A stretch of DNA of 54,541 nucleotides from contig JAQWOB010000023.1 in the NCBI GenBank assembly GCA_029246085.1, positions 1 through 54,541 on the forward strand. Direction: 5' to 3'. The notes under the pieces were generated by a model. It was given only the letters and a program-made list of their open reading frames with translations. It did not search any database and was not told the DNA's origin. The position numbers and the translations under genes are program-made. Position 1 is the stretch's first letter. Each line of letters opens with the position of its first letter. This DNA is from Gammaproteobacteria bacterium. Its GTDB lineage: Bacteria; Pseudomonadota; Gammaproteobacteria; GCA-002705445; GCA-002716945. Shown here one piece after another: positions 1-8,779 of the stretch.

Positions 1-58
1 GACAGAGTTATTAGTTTAATTCCATATCAAAATAATAGTACCTACACATACACTCACT

Positions 59-67
59 TGCTATAAT
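59..67 (+). promoter_or_regulatory. Extended -10 sigma70 promoter element (TGcTATAAT) upstream of the 34-aa ORF
   Basis: Perfect TGnTATAAT; Shine-Dalgarno AAGGAG at 79-84, 6 nt before ATG 91. Confidence 0.6.
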
Positions 68-90
68 ACATTCGAATCAAGGAGCTAAAT

Positions 91-195
91 ATGGATAGTC
101 TAAGCGAATTTATATATAACTGGGGCCCACTAGTAACATTCTTCATATTCATAGGGGCAATGGTATACATTTACTTTACAGGTGAATTTGATTAA
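91..195 (+). CDS. 34-aa single-pass membrane peptide (not in ORF track)
   Basis: Hand translation MDSLSEFIYNWGPLVTFFIFIGAMVYIYFTGEFD*; strong SD and -10; one hydrophobic helix. Confidence 0.6.
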   Translation: MDSLSEFIYNWGPLVTFFIFIGAMVYIYFTGEFD

Positions 196-350
196 TTGAG
201 AGAACCTAGGTTATTGAGGGTATAGGGATACTTTAACATTTGAAAGCATTGGTATCACTGGAAATGAGAGGAGGTGCAAGACTCATCCTTGATCATTCAA
301 ACATATTTTGTGTAGTTTTTGTTTTAGGGTTTATAGGCTAACATTCTGTT

Positions 351-476
351 ATGAACAATTATTTTATTTATATTTTTTCATCATATGCAATAGTTATTAC
401 TTTTATGGTTATAAATTTATTACTACTTTATAAGCAATTTAGTGATACGAAGACTATGATCAAGAAAAGAGGCTAA
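351..476 (+). CDS. ccmD: Heme exporter protein D (not in ORF track)
   Basis: Hand translation MNNYFIYIFSSYAIVITFMVINLLLLYKQFSDTKTMIKKRG*: YxxYxxxSY motif, TM helix, basic tail; 4 nt upstream of ccmE. Confidence 0.8.
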   Translation: MNNYFIYIFSSYAIVITFMVINLLLLYKQFSDTKTMIKKRG

Positions 477-480
477 GTAT

Positions 481-942
481 ATGAAAAAAAGAACCCTGAG
501 AATTTATTATGTTGCTTTCATTCTAATCTCATTAAGTATTATTTTTTTCTTATTTATAAAAACTTTTAATGAAAATCTTTTATTTTATAGAAGCCCATCT
601 CAAATAACTGCCGGAGAATTTCCGAAAGATTATATATTTAGAGTTGGAGGGGTCGTACTAGATGGAACTCTGATTAAAAGTAAAACCTCAACTAATGTAA
701 AGTTTTCCATAACTGATTATGAAAAAACAATTGGTATTAGTTATAATGGAATTCTTCCAGATTTATTTAGAGAAGGACAGGGTGTAGTGATCAGAGGAAA
801 GCTAGGTACTGATGGCATTTTTTATGCAGAAGAAGTATTGGCTAAGCATGATGAGACATATATGCCGCCAGAAGTATTAGACAGCTTAAAAATGAAAGAA
901 AAAACAATAGAAGATACTACAAAATCTATGAATATTTATTAA
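481..942 (+). CDS. ccmE: Cytochrome c maturation heme chaperone
   Basis: LPDLFREGQGVV and LAKHDETYMPPE heme-binding motif. Confidence 0.97.
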   Translation: MKKRTLRIYYVAFILISLSIIFFLFIKTFNENLLFYRSPSQITAGEFPKDYIFRVGGVVLDGTLIKSKTSTNVKFSITDYEKTIGISYNGILPDLFREGQGVVIRGKLGTDGIFYAEEVLAKHDETYMPPEVLDSLKMKEKTIEDTTKSMNIY

Positions 943-946
943 CAAT

Positions 947-2875
947 ATGATTTCTTATATAGGATCTTTTATAATATTAATAGCTCTTCTAAACGCAAGT
1001 TTATTAGTTCTATCTAAACCTATACTGTCCAAAATAACTTCTGACTATGATTCTTTAATTTTATCTACATCAAAACTTCAATTTCCATTAGTTCTAATAG
1101 CTTTTATTTGTTTGATTGTTGCTTTTGTAAACGATGATTTCTCTTTAAAATATATTTCTTCTAATTCAAATTCTGCATTACCGTTCTTCTATAAAATATC
1201 AGCCACTTGGGCCGGACATGAGGGGTCTATGCTTTTATGGTGTTTAATATTAAGTTTTTGGACATTTATGGCAAGCATGTATAGCAAATCTTTGGATACA
1301 CAATTCAGGCTTAAATTTTTATCAATTATGGGTTTTCTAAATCTAGGATTTTTACTTTTTCTAGTATTCACCTCAAACCCTTTTGAAAAGAATATTTCGA
1401 TACCTATTGATGGAAAAGACTTGAATCCTTTGTTACAAGACTTTGGTTTAATCATACACCCGCCTATGCTTTATATGGGATATGTGGGATTATCTGTTGT
1501 TTTTAGTTTTGCCGTTACTTGTCTCTTGCAACATGATTTTAAAAAGGAATGGGCAAAATGGATACGACCTTGGGCTCTAATGTCATGGAGTTTCTTAACA
1601 CTAGGAATAGCTCTAGGCAGCTGGTGGGCATACTATGAGTTAGGTTGGGGAGGTTGGTGGTTCTGGGACCCTGTAGAAAATGCATCATTTATGCCATGGC
1701 TTATAACTACAGCTTTAATACACTCATTGATAACATGTGAACAGAAATCAATGTTTAAAAACTGGACTATTTTGCTTTCAATTATGGCTTTTTCATTAAG
1801 TTTGTTAGGAACCTTTTTAGTAAGGTCAGGAATTCTTATTTCAGTACACTCATTTGCAAATGATCCAGCAAGAGGGGCTTTTATCTTATTATTCTTAACT
1901 ATAGTTGTCGGAGGATCACTTTTAATTTATTTTAAAAATTCACCTAAAATTAAAGATAATATTTCATTTGATTTCTTTTCAAGAGAAAGCTTCTTTTTAA
2001 TTAATAATATTCTTCTTGTAACAGCAACTTTTACAATATTATTAGGAACAATGTATCCTTTACTGTTAGATTTGCTTGGACTTGAAAAAATATCTGTCGG
2101 TGTTCCATACTATAATGCAGTTTTTCTTCCAATCATGACACCATTAGCACTTCTTGCGGGGTATATACCTATATTGTTTCTTTCAAAGCGTAAGGATAAA
2201 AAATACATACTCAACCACTTACTCGCAAGTTTATTGGTTGTAATATTTTTGTCTTTATTAAGTATAGCTTTTTTTGATAACTTCAATTTAAATGTATTGT
2301 TGGGAATTTTCATATTCATCTGGATATCATTCAACATAATATATGATTTGATCAACAGATATTATCTTTCTAAGACAAAGAATATATTTTTCAAAAATAT
2401 AGGAATGACTTTAGCTCATCTTGGATTAGCAGTTTTTATTTTAGGAGCAACAATTGTTGAAAATAATAAGGTTGAAAAAGAAATTGTAGTAAAAATTGGG
2501 GAAACAATAGAAATTAAAAATTATGCTTTTAAATTTAAAAGTATAAGCGAATATGATGGACCTAATTACTTAGGAGTTAAGGCTAAATTTCTTGTATATG
2601 AAAACAATAATCTTATAACAGAGCTTTATCCTGAAAAAAGAATATATGCTTCTAATAATAATATGCCAATGACAGAAGCTGGCATAGATCCAGGGCTCAG
2701 TAGAGATTTATACATCACCCTGGGCAGTCTTATAAATGATGATGTGTGGTCTGTTAGAATATATCATAAGCCTTTTATTAGACTGATATGGTTGGGAGCC
2801 TTGATGATGGTTTTCGGCGGAGTTCTCAGTGTTCTCTCTAAAAGAAAGAGTAAATCTATAGCTCTTTCAGGGTAA
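947..2875 (+). CDS. ccmF: Cytochrome c heme lyase subunit
   Basis: WGGWWFWDPVENAS WWD motif, IHPP, SVHSF; multi-TM. Confidence 0.97.
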   Translation: MISYIGSFIILIALLNASLLVLSKPILSKITSDYDSLILSTSKLQFPLVLIAFICLIVAFVNDDFSLKYISSNSNSALPFFYKISATWAGHEGSMLLWCLILSFWTFMASMYSKSLDTQFRLKFLSIMGFLNLGFLLFLVFTSNPFEKNISIPIDGKDLNPLLQDFGLIIHPPMLYMGYVGLSVVFSFAVTCLLQHDFKKEWAKWIRPWALMSWSFLTLGIALGSWWAYYELGWGGWWFWDPVENASFMPWLITTALIHSLITCEQKSMFKNWTILLSIMAFSLSLLGTFLVRSGILISVHSFANDPARGAFILLFLTIVVGGSLLIYFKNSPKIKDNISFDFFSRESFFLINNILLVTATFTILLGTMYPLLLDLLGLEKISVGVPYYNAVFLPIMTPLALLAGYIPILFLSKRKDKKYILNHLLASLLVVIFLSLLSIAFFDNFNLNVLLGIFIFIWISFNIIYDLINRYYLSKTKNIFFKNIGMTLAHLGLAVFILGATIVENNKVEKEIVVKIGETIEIKNYAFKFKSISEYDGPNYLGVKAKFLVYENNNLITELYPEKRIYASNNNMPMTEAGIDPGLSRDLYITLGSLINDDVWSVRIYHKPFIRLIWLGALMMVFGGVLSVLSKRKSKSIALSG

Positions 2876-2881
2876 AATAAG

Positions 2882-3406
2882 ATGAAGATTAAAATACCTC
2901 TGATTATTTTTATTTTTTTTATAGCAGTTCTTTTTTTTGGTTTATTTATAGAAACCAGAACTATACAGTCGCCGTTGATTGGTAAAAAATTGCCGAATTA
3001 TGAATTAGTAGAATTAAATACTGGTTATAAATCAGATATATACATGTTGCCTAATGAGCCATTCCTATTAAATGTATGGGCTAGCTGGTGTTTAGAATGC
3101 ATCAGAGAACATTCAGTATTAACAAATATAGCTAAAGATAAAAAATTAAAGATAGTTGGTATAAACTATAAAGACGAGAGAAATGATGCGCTTGGCTGGT
3201 TATCAATTTATGGCAACCCATACCTTTATAATATATATGATTATACTGGTCAGCTTGGTTTAGATTTGGGAGTATATGGAGTACCAGAAACTTTTTTAGT
3301 TGATAAAAATAGAATAATCAGAGCAAAGCATATTGGAGCTATCACTAATGATATTTATCAACAGCAAATAATACCCATGGTTGAGAAGATTAATGAAGGC
3401 AATTAA
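2882..3406 (+). CDS. ccmG: Thiol:disulfide oxidoreductase CcmG/DsbE
   Basis: NVWASWCLEC, GVYGVPETF; operon position. Confidence 0.95.
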   Translation: MKIKIPLIIFIFFIAVLFFGLFIETRTIQSPLIGKKLPNYELVELNTGYKSDIYMLPNEPFLLNVWASWCLECIREHSVLTNIAKDKKLKIVGINYKDERNDALGWLSIYGNPYLYNIYDYTGQLGLDLGVYGVPETFLVDKNRIIRAKHIGAITNDIYQQQIIPMVEKINEGN

Positions 3407-3767
3407 AGATTTTATATATGCTGGAATACTGATATCTATTATACAAATAGGAGCATTAGCTGACGCAAAAAAAGATGATATTCTTTATAATCAAATGATA
3501 ACTGAAATAAGGTGTATGGTTTGCCAAAATCAAAATATTGCTGAATCTGAAGCTCCTCTAGCAATTGATCTAAGAAATAAGGTAAGAGAGATGGTAGATG
3601 AGGGAAAAGATGAAGACTATATCAAAGGATACATGTCTGAAAGATATAGTGATTTTATATTATATGAACCTTCTTTTTCTCCTAGAAATTTAATATTATG
3701 GCTTGGGCCATTTTTATTTTTATTTATTATTAGTTATTACTTTTTTCGGAGAAGTTTGAAAAAGTGA
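3393..3767 (+). CDS. ccmH: Cytochrome c maturation protein CcmH (N-domain)
   Basis: IRCMVCQNQNIAES motif; ATG 3393 preferred over TTG 3381. Confidence 0.93.
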   Translation: MKAIKDFIYAGILISIIQIGALADAKKDDILYNQMITEIRCMVCQNQNIAESEAPLAIDLRNKVREMVDEGKDEDYIKGYMSERYSDFILYEPSFSPRNLILWLGPFLFLFIISYYFFRRSLKK

Positions 3768-4726
3768 TTTATTTAATTTTAGCCCTTTTATCATTTATAT
3801 ATTTTTTGTTTCTATATAAAAACTTTGGTGAAAAATCTAGATTAGCAAAACAAGGTTTGAGCATCAATTTAATTTTTATAATTCTATTCATTGGGGCTAC
3901 CATAATTTTTTTTAAAGATTCTGGGGTATTAGAAAAACAAGAGTATGATGAAATATTAAGTAAACACCAAGAGATTAGAAATAATATTCTTACTATTAAA
4001 AAGAATATACCTGTGCTTAAAATAAAATTAGAAAAAGATTCTGATTATTATCAAGGCTGGGTCATGTTAGCTAAATCTTATATTATTACGGATAATCTGT
4101 TATTGTCTGCAGATTCTTATGAAAAAGCTATATCAATAAAAAATAATGATAGTTTGATTTTGGAAGAATATATTAATATTTTAAGAAGAATTGATTCCAA
4201 GTCAAATAAAGAAAAAATTATAAAAACTTTTGATAAGCTTATATTTTTGAATCCATCTGATATAACTGTCTATAATATGAAGCTAAATTATTCTGTTGAA
4301 ATAAATGATGCTACCTTAACAAAAGAAATTTTAAATAATGTTGTTAATAATAATTTAATTAAAGATAAGACTCCTTATATTCAAGCATTAAAAGAATTAA
4401 ATTCATCTTCTAATAAATTTACATTTGAAATAAAATTATCTAACAAAATATATAAATCTTTAAAATTAATACCATATATATTTTTTATCTTAAAAGATAA
4501 GGTTGACGGACCACCTTTTGCTGTAAAAAAGGTTTCTAGCATTACTCTTGGTAAAGAGATAATCATCTCGTCTGAAAATAAAATGATAAAGGGTTTGGAT
4601 CTTCCAAAAAATGTTACATTATATATTAAAGGAAGTGAAAATAATTATGTTGATGATAAGATGCTTGATTTGTTTGAATCTGAAGCTTTGAATCTTTTAT
4701 CCAATACATCTTATGTTGTGGACTAG
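3764..4726 (+). CDS. ccmI: CcmI/CycH-like TPR membrane protein
   Basis: Two N-terminal TMs, TPR-like GWVMLAKSY, C-terminal PPFAVKK; follows ccmH (GTG start overlapping its stop). Confidence 0.7.
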   Translation: MIYLILALLSFIYFLFLYKNFGEKSRLAKQGLSINLIFIILFIGATIIFFKDSGVLEKQEYDEILSKHQEIRNNILTIKKNIPVLKIKLEKDSDYYQGWVMLAKSYIITDNLLLSADSYEKAISIKNNDSLILEEYINILRRIDSKSNKEKIIKTFDKLIFLNPSDITVYNMKLNYSVEINDATLTKEILNNVVNNNLIKDKTPYIQALKELNSSSNKFTFEIKLSNKIYKSLKLIPYIFFILKDKVDGPPFAVKKVSSITLGKEIIISSENKMIKGLDLPKNVTLYIKGSENNYVDDKMLDLFESEALNLLSNTSYVVD

Positions 4727-5421
4727 AGAGTTATCCTGTCATCAAATACGAAACAATCGCCTTCCCACCTGCCTTTGCTTTTATTTTTGTTCAGGTAATT
4801 AATTATGCCGCCCTTGAGCTGAAAAACATTTTTAAAACCAAGATTAGTTAAGGCTACACTAGCTTTTTCACATCTTATTCCACCAGTGCAAAATATTGCA
4901 ATATCTTTTTCTTTATCTATGTCTTCTATTGTTTTAAGTGATTTTTCTATATCACTGAAATTCAAAAGATTAAGGCTTTTTGAATTTTTGAAAGTCCCCA
5001 TTAGGTATTCAAATCTATTTCGCATATCAATTACAAGGGTCTCTTGTTCTAGCAGTACATCCCAATCCTTAGGCTCTAAAGATTTATTTTTAACAATTAC
5101 TTCTTCTGATATAGAAAAACCTGCCTTAATAATTTCATCTTTCACTTTCACTTTTAACTTAGTAAATACTTTTTTACTCACTTTTGATTCATTAAAATGT
5201 ATATCTCCTAAACCTAATAATTTCTTGATATATGTTTTGGCTGACTCAATATCTTGTATTGGTCCGCATATATTTGCATTAATACCTTCATTCGCAATTA
5301 GTACTGTCCCTAATATATCTAAGTTGTTTAGAAAATTAAAAATATTAAATCTAGTTCTTTCGGTTTCTGTTATTTGAGTAAATTTGTAGAAACTAATTAC
5401 TCTATCTATTTTTTTATGCAT
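4723..5421 (-). CDS. trhO: tRNA U34 hydroxylase TrhO/YceA-like rhodanese protein (short form)
   Basis: FYKF, GTVLIANEGIN, IDMRNRFEY, FCTGGIRCEKA, CFVFDDR. Confidence 0.85.
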   Translation of the reverse strand: MHKKIDRVISFYKFTQITETERTRFNIFNFLNNLDILGTVLIANEGINANICGPIQDIESAKTYIKKLLGLGDIHFNESKVSKKVFTKLKVKVKDEIIKAGFSISEEVIVKNKSLEPKDWDVLLEQETLVIDMRNRFEYLMGTFKNSKSLNLLNFSDIEKSLKTIEDIDKEKDIAIFCTGGIRCEKASVALTNLGFKNVFQLKGGIINYLNKNKSKGRWEGDCFVFDDRITL

Positions 5422-6074
5422 AAAGTCATTCCGTCATAAATCGATATAAGGCAATGATCAACTCTTTCATCCTTAGCTATGAAATTATTTAACAATTTTA
5501 TAGATTTAGTGCTAGAAGAGTTATCATTTTCATCTAATACTTTTCCTTTCCAGATTGTGTTATCTATAATAATTATTCCGCCCGATCTAATTAATTTTAA
5601 AGATTTTTCATAATAATCTAAATAATTACTTTTGTCAGCATCTATAAATACGAAATCAAATGTATTTTCAAGATTACTAGAAATAAAATTATCCAAGGTA
5701 TCTTTAGCATTCCCTAGTAAAAGCTCTATCTTATTATTAAGTTTTAGTTTATCCCAATATTTTTCTGCAATGTGAGTAAACTCTTTAGATTTATCTAGGG
5801 CAAATAGCTTTCCATTTTTTACCATGCCTTCTGCTATACAAATAGAGCTATACCCTGTAAATACACCTATTTCAATACATTTTGTAAACCCACCTAACGT
5901 ACAAATCATTTTAATTAATGCTCCTTGTGCTGCACCAATTTGCATTATAGAGATATCGCCAAGTCCAGATGTCTCATCACGTAGTTCTTTCAAGACAGGA
6001 GATTCTTTATAGCCAACTAAATCTATATATGACCTTAATTTATTTGGATCTAATTGAGTATCTTTATGCTTCAT
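5406..6074 (-). CDS. Class I SAM-dependent O-methyltransferase (CCoAOMT/COMT/TrmR-like family)
   Basis: EIGVFTGYS, FDFVFIDADKSNY, DNTIWKG metal-binding motifs. Confidence 0.9.
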   Translation of the reverse strand: MKHKDTQLDPNKLRSYIDLVGYKESPVLKELRDETSGLGDISIMQIGAAQGALIKMICTLGGFTKCIEIGVFTGYSSICIAEGMVKNGKLFALDKSKEFTHIAEKYWDKLKLNNKIELLLGNAKDTLDNFISSNLENTFDFVFIDADKSNYLDYYEKSLKLIRSGGIIIIDNTIWKGKVLDENDNSSSTKSIKLLNNFIAKDERVDHCLISIYDGMTLCIKK

Positions 6075-6659
6075 CTATTGTTTAATTGCTTCAAACTCTA
6101 TTATCAAATCTATTTGATCGCCAACAAGATTTTTTTTAACAGCATAATTCATGCCAAAGTCTGATCTATTAAAGCTAGCTGTTGCAGATACACCCATCAC
6201 AATTGGTTTAGTGAAACCAAAGGGATATTTCTCAATTTTATTAATAACAGCATTTAGAATAATTTTTTTTGATATACCTAATAATGTTAATTCTCCAGAA
6301 ACTTTATTAGGGTTTTTATTTAAATCATTATTAGCTGCTTTAAAAGTCATTATTGGAAAACTTTTTACATTAAGAAAGTCAGGACTTTTTAAGTGTGAAT
6401 CTCTTTTTTCATGATTGGTAAATACGCTAGATGTATCAATAATTATTTCTACATTTGAGAGAATATTTTTATCTTTATCATAGGAGAATGAACCACTGAC
6501 TTTTTTAAACATTCCAAGTGTTTTTGCATAGCCAGCATGCTCAACTAGAAATCCTAAACTAAAGTGAGATTCATCAATAACATAAGCATCATCTTTAGCA
6601 ATAACTAATTGAGTAAAAAATATACTTACGATGATAATTAATACCTTATATGTTCTCAT
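6075..6659 (-). CDS. YceI family periplasmic lipid/isoprenoid-binding protein
   Basis: Signal peptide, IDESH, RDSHLKSPDFLNVKSFP, RSDFGM; start 6659 chosen. Confidence 0.9.
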   Translation of the reverse strand: MRTYKVLIIIVSIFFTQLVIAKDDAYVIDESHFSLGFLVEHAGYAKTLGMFKKVSGSFSYDKDKNILSNVEIIIDTSSVFTNHEKRDSHLKSPDFLNVKSFPIMTFKAANNDLNKNPNKVSGELTLLGISKKIILNAVINKIEKYPFGFTKPIVMGVSATASFNRSDFGMNYAVKKNLVGDQIDLIIEFEAIKQ

Positions 6660-7374
6660 GCTTTTCCCTCTTATATAACCAAAGTATATCCTTTGCGAAA
6701 GAAAAAGTAATGACAAATAATGATATCAATACTAAATAACTTAATGATATATCTTTAATATATTGGCTATGACAAATTATTAATAAAAATGTTGATAGGG
6801 CGCAGCTAATTTTCCTGTAATAACTTTCTGGAAGATCATACTTCATCCATTTACATTTATTCATGGATATTAAAAATAAATATCTATAGGTAGGGATTAA
6901 AAATACTATTATAGATACATCTTTATTCAGATATAAAGAGATAGATAGTATTAATATTAATAGAGTATCAGCATCTTGATCAAATATTTCTCCAAAACTA
7001 TTTTGTTCATTAAATCTTCTTGCTATATACCCATCAACCCCATCCAAGCATAAAGCTAAAAAAGCTATCAAGGCAAAGTAGCTATTATGGTAAAAATTTT
7101 TTAAAATATCTTGGTCTGAAAATGCATTTATAGATATAGATAGAAGAATTATTGATATTATTACCCTTAAATATGTCACCTCAGAAGCATATGTAAATTT
7201 ATTTTCCTTAAAATGGTTAAATATATAAAATATAAGAGTTGAAATAATTAAAAATAATATAGTATTTTGTAGTACTATTAATAGTGTTAGGTCTTTGTAT
7301 AAAATAGCACCAAGCAATATTATTAAGGCTAAATATGCTCTCGAGATAGTTTTTAGTATAAAGAAATTAATCAT
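6646..7374 (-). CDS. CDP-alcohol phosphatidyltransferase family protein
   Basis: Signature DGVDGYIARR-x6-GEIFDQDAD; multi-TM. Confidence 0.9.
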   Translation of the reverse strand: MINFFILKTISRAYLALIILLGAILYKDLTLLIVLQNTILFLIISTLIFYIFNHFKENKFTYASEVTYLRVIISIILLSISINAFSDQDILKNFYHNSYFALIAFLALCLDGVDGYIARRFNEQNSFGEIFDQDADTLLILILSISLYLNKDVSIIVFLIPTYRYLFLISMNKCKWMKYDLPESYYRKISCALSTFLLIICHSQYIKDISLSYLVLISLFVITFSFAKDILWLYKREKHENI

Positions 7375-7394
7375 AATTAATATTTAAGTGTAGT

Positions 7395-8378
7395 ATGAAA
7401 AAAATAAACGCACAATCATTCTGGATTAAGAAAAAAAATAGTAGTTATATAAAAAGCCATACTATTGATTCACCAAAGGAAAACGAGATTTTAATTCAAA
7501 CAGTATATAGTGGAATCAGCTATGGAACAGAAAAAATTGTTTATACCGGAGCTGTTCCTGACAGTCAAAAAGAATTAATGAAGTGCCCATATCAAGAGGG
7601 AAAATTCGGCTCAGATGTTAAATATGGGTATATGAATATAGGTAAAGTAATAGAAGGTTCATCTAAGTTTAAAGGAAAATATGTATATACATTGTACCCT
7701 CATCAAACACATTATGTATTAAATGAATCTGAGGTAACTCTAATTTCAGAATCAATTCCACTAAAAAGGTGTTTATTGACAGCAAACATGGAGACTGCAG
7801 TAAATGGTATGTGGGATACGTTGCCGTCTTGTGGTGATAAAATATTAGTCATAGGTTCTGGAGTAGTTGGATTTTTAATGGCCTACTTACTGAAATCCAT
7901 ACCTGGTTGTGAAATATTACTGGTTGATAGTGATACAAAAAAAAGTAAACTTTCTAAAATATTTAATATTAATTTTAAAACCCAGATACCTAAAAACTAT
8001 AAGGCAAATATTATTTATGAGTGTTCTGGAAATGCTGATATTATAAATAGCCTAAGCAAGCATGTTAAAGATGAGGCCACTATTTGTATATTGAGTTGGT
8101 ATGGAGATAATGTTTCCAGAGTTAAATTTGGTGAAGAATTCCTTTCAAAAAGGATTAAGATTATTTTTTCTCAAGTATCAAAAGTTTCCCATAATAGAAG
8201 CAAATACTGGAATAATGTCCAAAGAAGAGAGTTAGCAATTAGTATGTTAAATGATGAGAGATTAGATCATCTAGTAGAAAACAAAATGATAAATTTTAAT
8301 AAGCTGCCAAAATTTTTCTCTGAAATGATAAAAGGACAGAAATTTTTTTGTAAAGTAGTAAGTTATGGAGATAAATAA
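7395..8378 (+). CDS. Medium-chain (MDR) alcohol dehydrogenase-like oxidoreductase
   Basis: GroES-like N-domain (SGISYGTE), ANMETAVN, Rossmann IGSGVVG. Confidence 0.85.
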   Translation: MKKINAQSFWIKKKNSSYIKSHTIDSPKENEILIQTVYSGISYGTEKIVYTGAVPDSQKELMKCPYQEGKFGSDVKYGYMNIGKVIEGSSKFKGKYVYTLYPHQTHYVLNESEVTLISESIPLKRCLLTANMETAVNGMWDTLPSCGDKILVIGSGVVGFLMAYLLKSIPGCEILLVDSDTKKSKLSKIFNINFKTQIPKNYKANIIYECSGNADIINSLSKHVKDEATICILSWYGDNVSRVKFGEEFLSKRIKIIFSQVSKVSHNRSKYWNNVQRRELAISMLNDERLDHLVENKMINFNKLPKFFSEMIKGQKFFCKVVSYGDK

Positions 8379-8380
8379 CT

Positions 8381-8779
8381 ATGTATGAAGTAACTGTAAG
8401 AGATAATTTATTTATAGCTCATAGCTTAAAAGATGATTTTTTTGGGCCCGCTAAAAACCTCCATGGCGCAACTTATGTAATAGATTTAGTGATTAGAAGT
8501 AATCGAATAACAGATAAAAATGTTGTAATAGATATTGGGCTTGCGTCAAAATTACTTAATAATTGTATCAAGGCTTATAATTATAAAAATCTTGATGATA
8601 TTGATTTATTCTCAGGGATAATAACAACTACAGAATTTATGGCAAAACAATTAACTATGGACTTTATAAGCCAATTAAAAAAAGAAAAATTTGATATTTC
8701 ACAGTTATATTCAATTAAGATGATTTTAAATGAGTCACATGTTGCATCAGCATCTTATGAACAAAAAATTAATGAATGA
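8381..8779 (+). CDS. Atypical 6-pyruvoyl-tetrahydropterin synthase/QueD-fold protein
   Basis: IAHS...FGPAKNLHGATY, YNYKNLDD, TTTEFMA, ESHVASASY. Confidence 0.85.
   Translation: MYEVTVRDNLFIAHSLKDDFFGPAKNLHGATYVIDLVIRSNRITDKNVVIDIGLASKLLNNCIKAYNYKNLDDIDLFSGIITTTEFMAKQLTMDFISQLKKEKFDISQLYSIKMILNESHVASASYEQKINE

Noticed and set aside
4886-5377. 163-aa plus-strand ORF and similar antisense or alternate-frame ORFs (e.g. 1189-1455, 17835-18113, 20459-20836, 25354-25620, 39935-40324, 47940-48215)
   Set aside because: They lie largely or entirely within well-supported genes, have no recognisable motifs, and show the composition typical of shadow frames.
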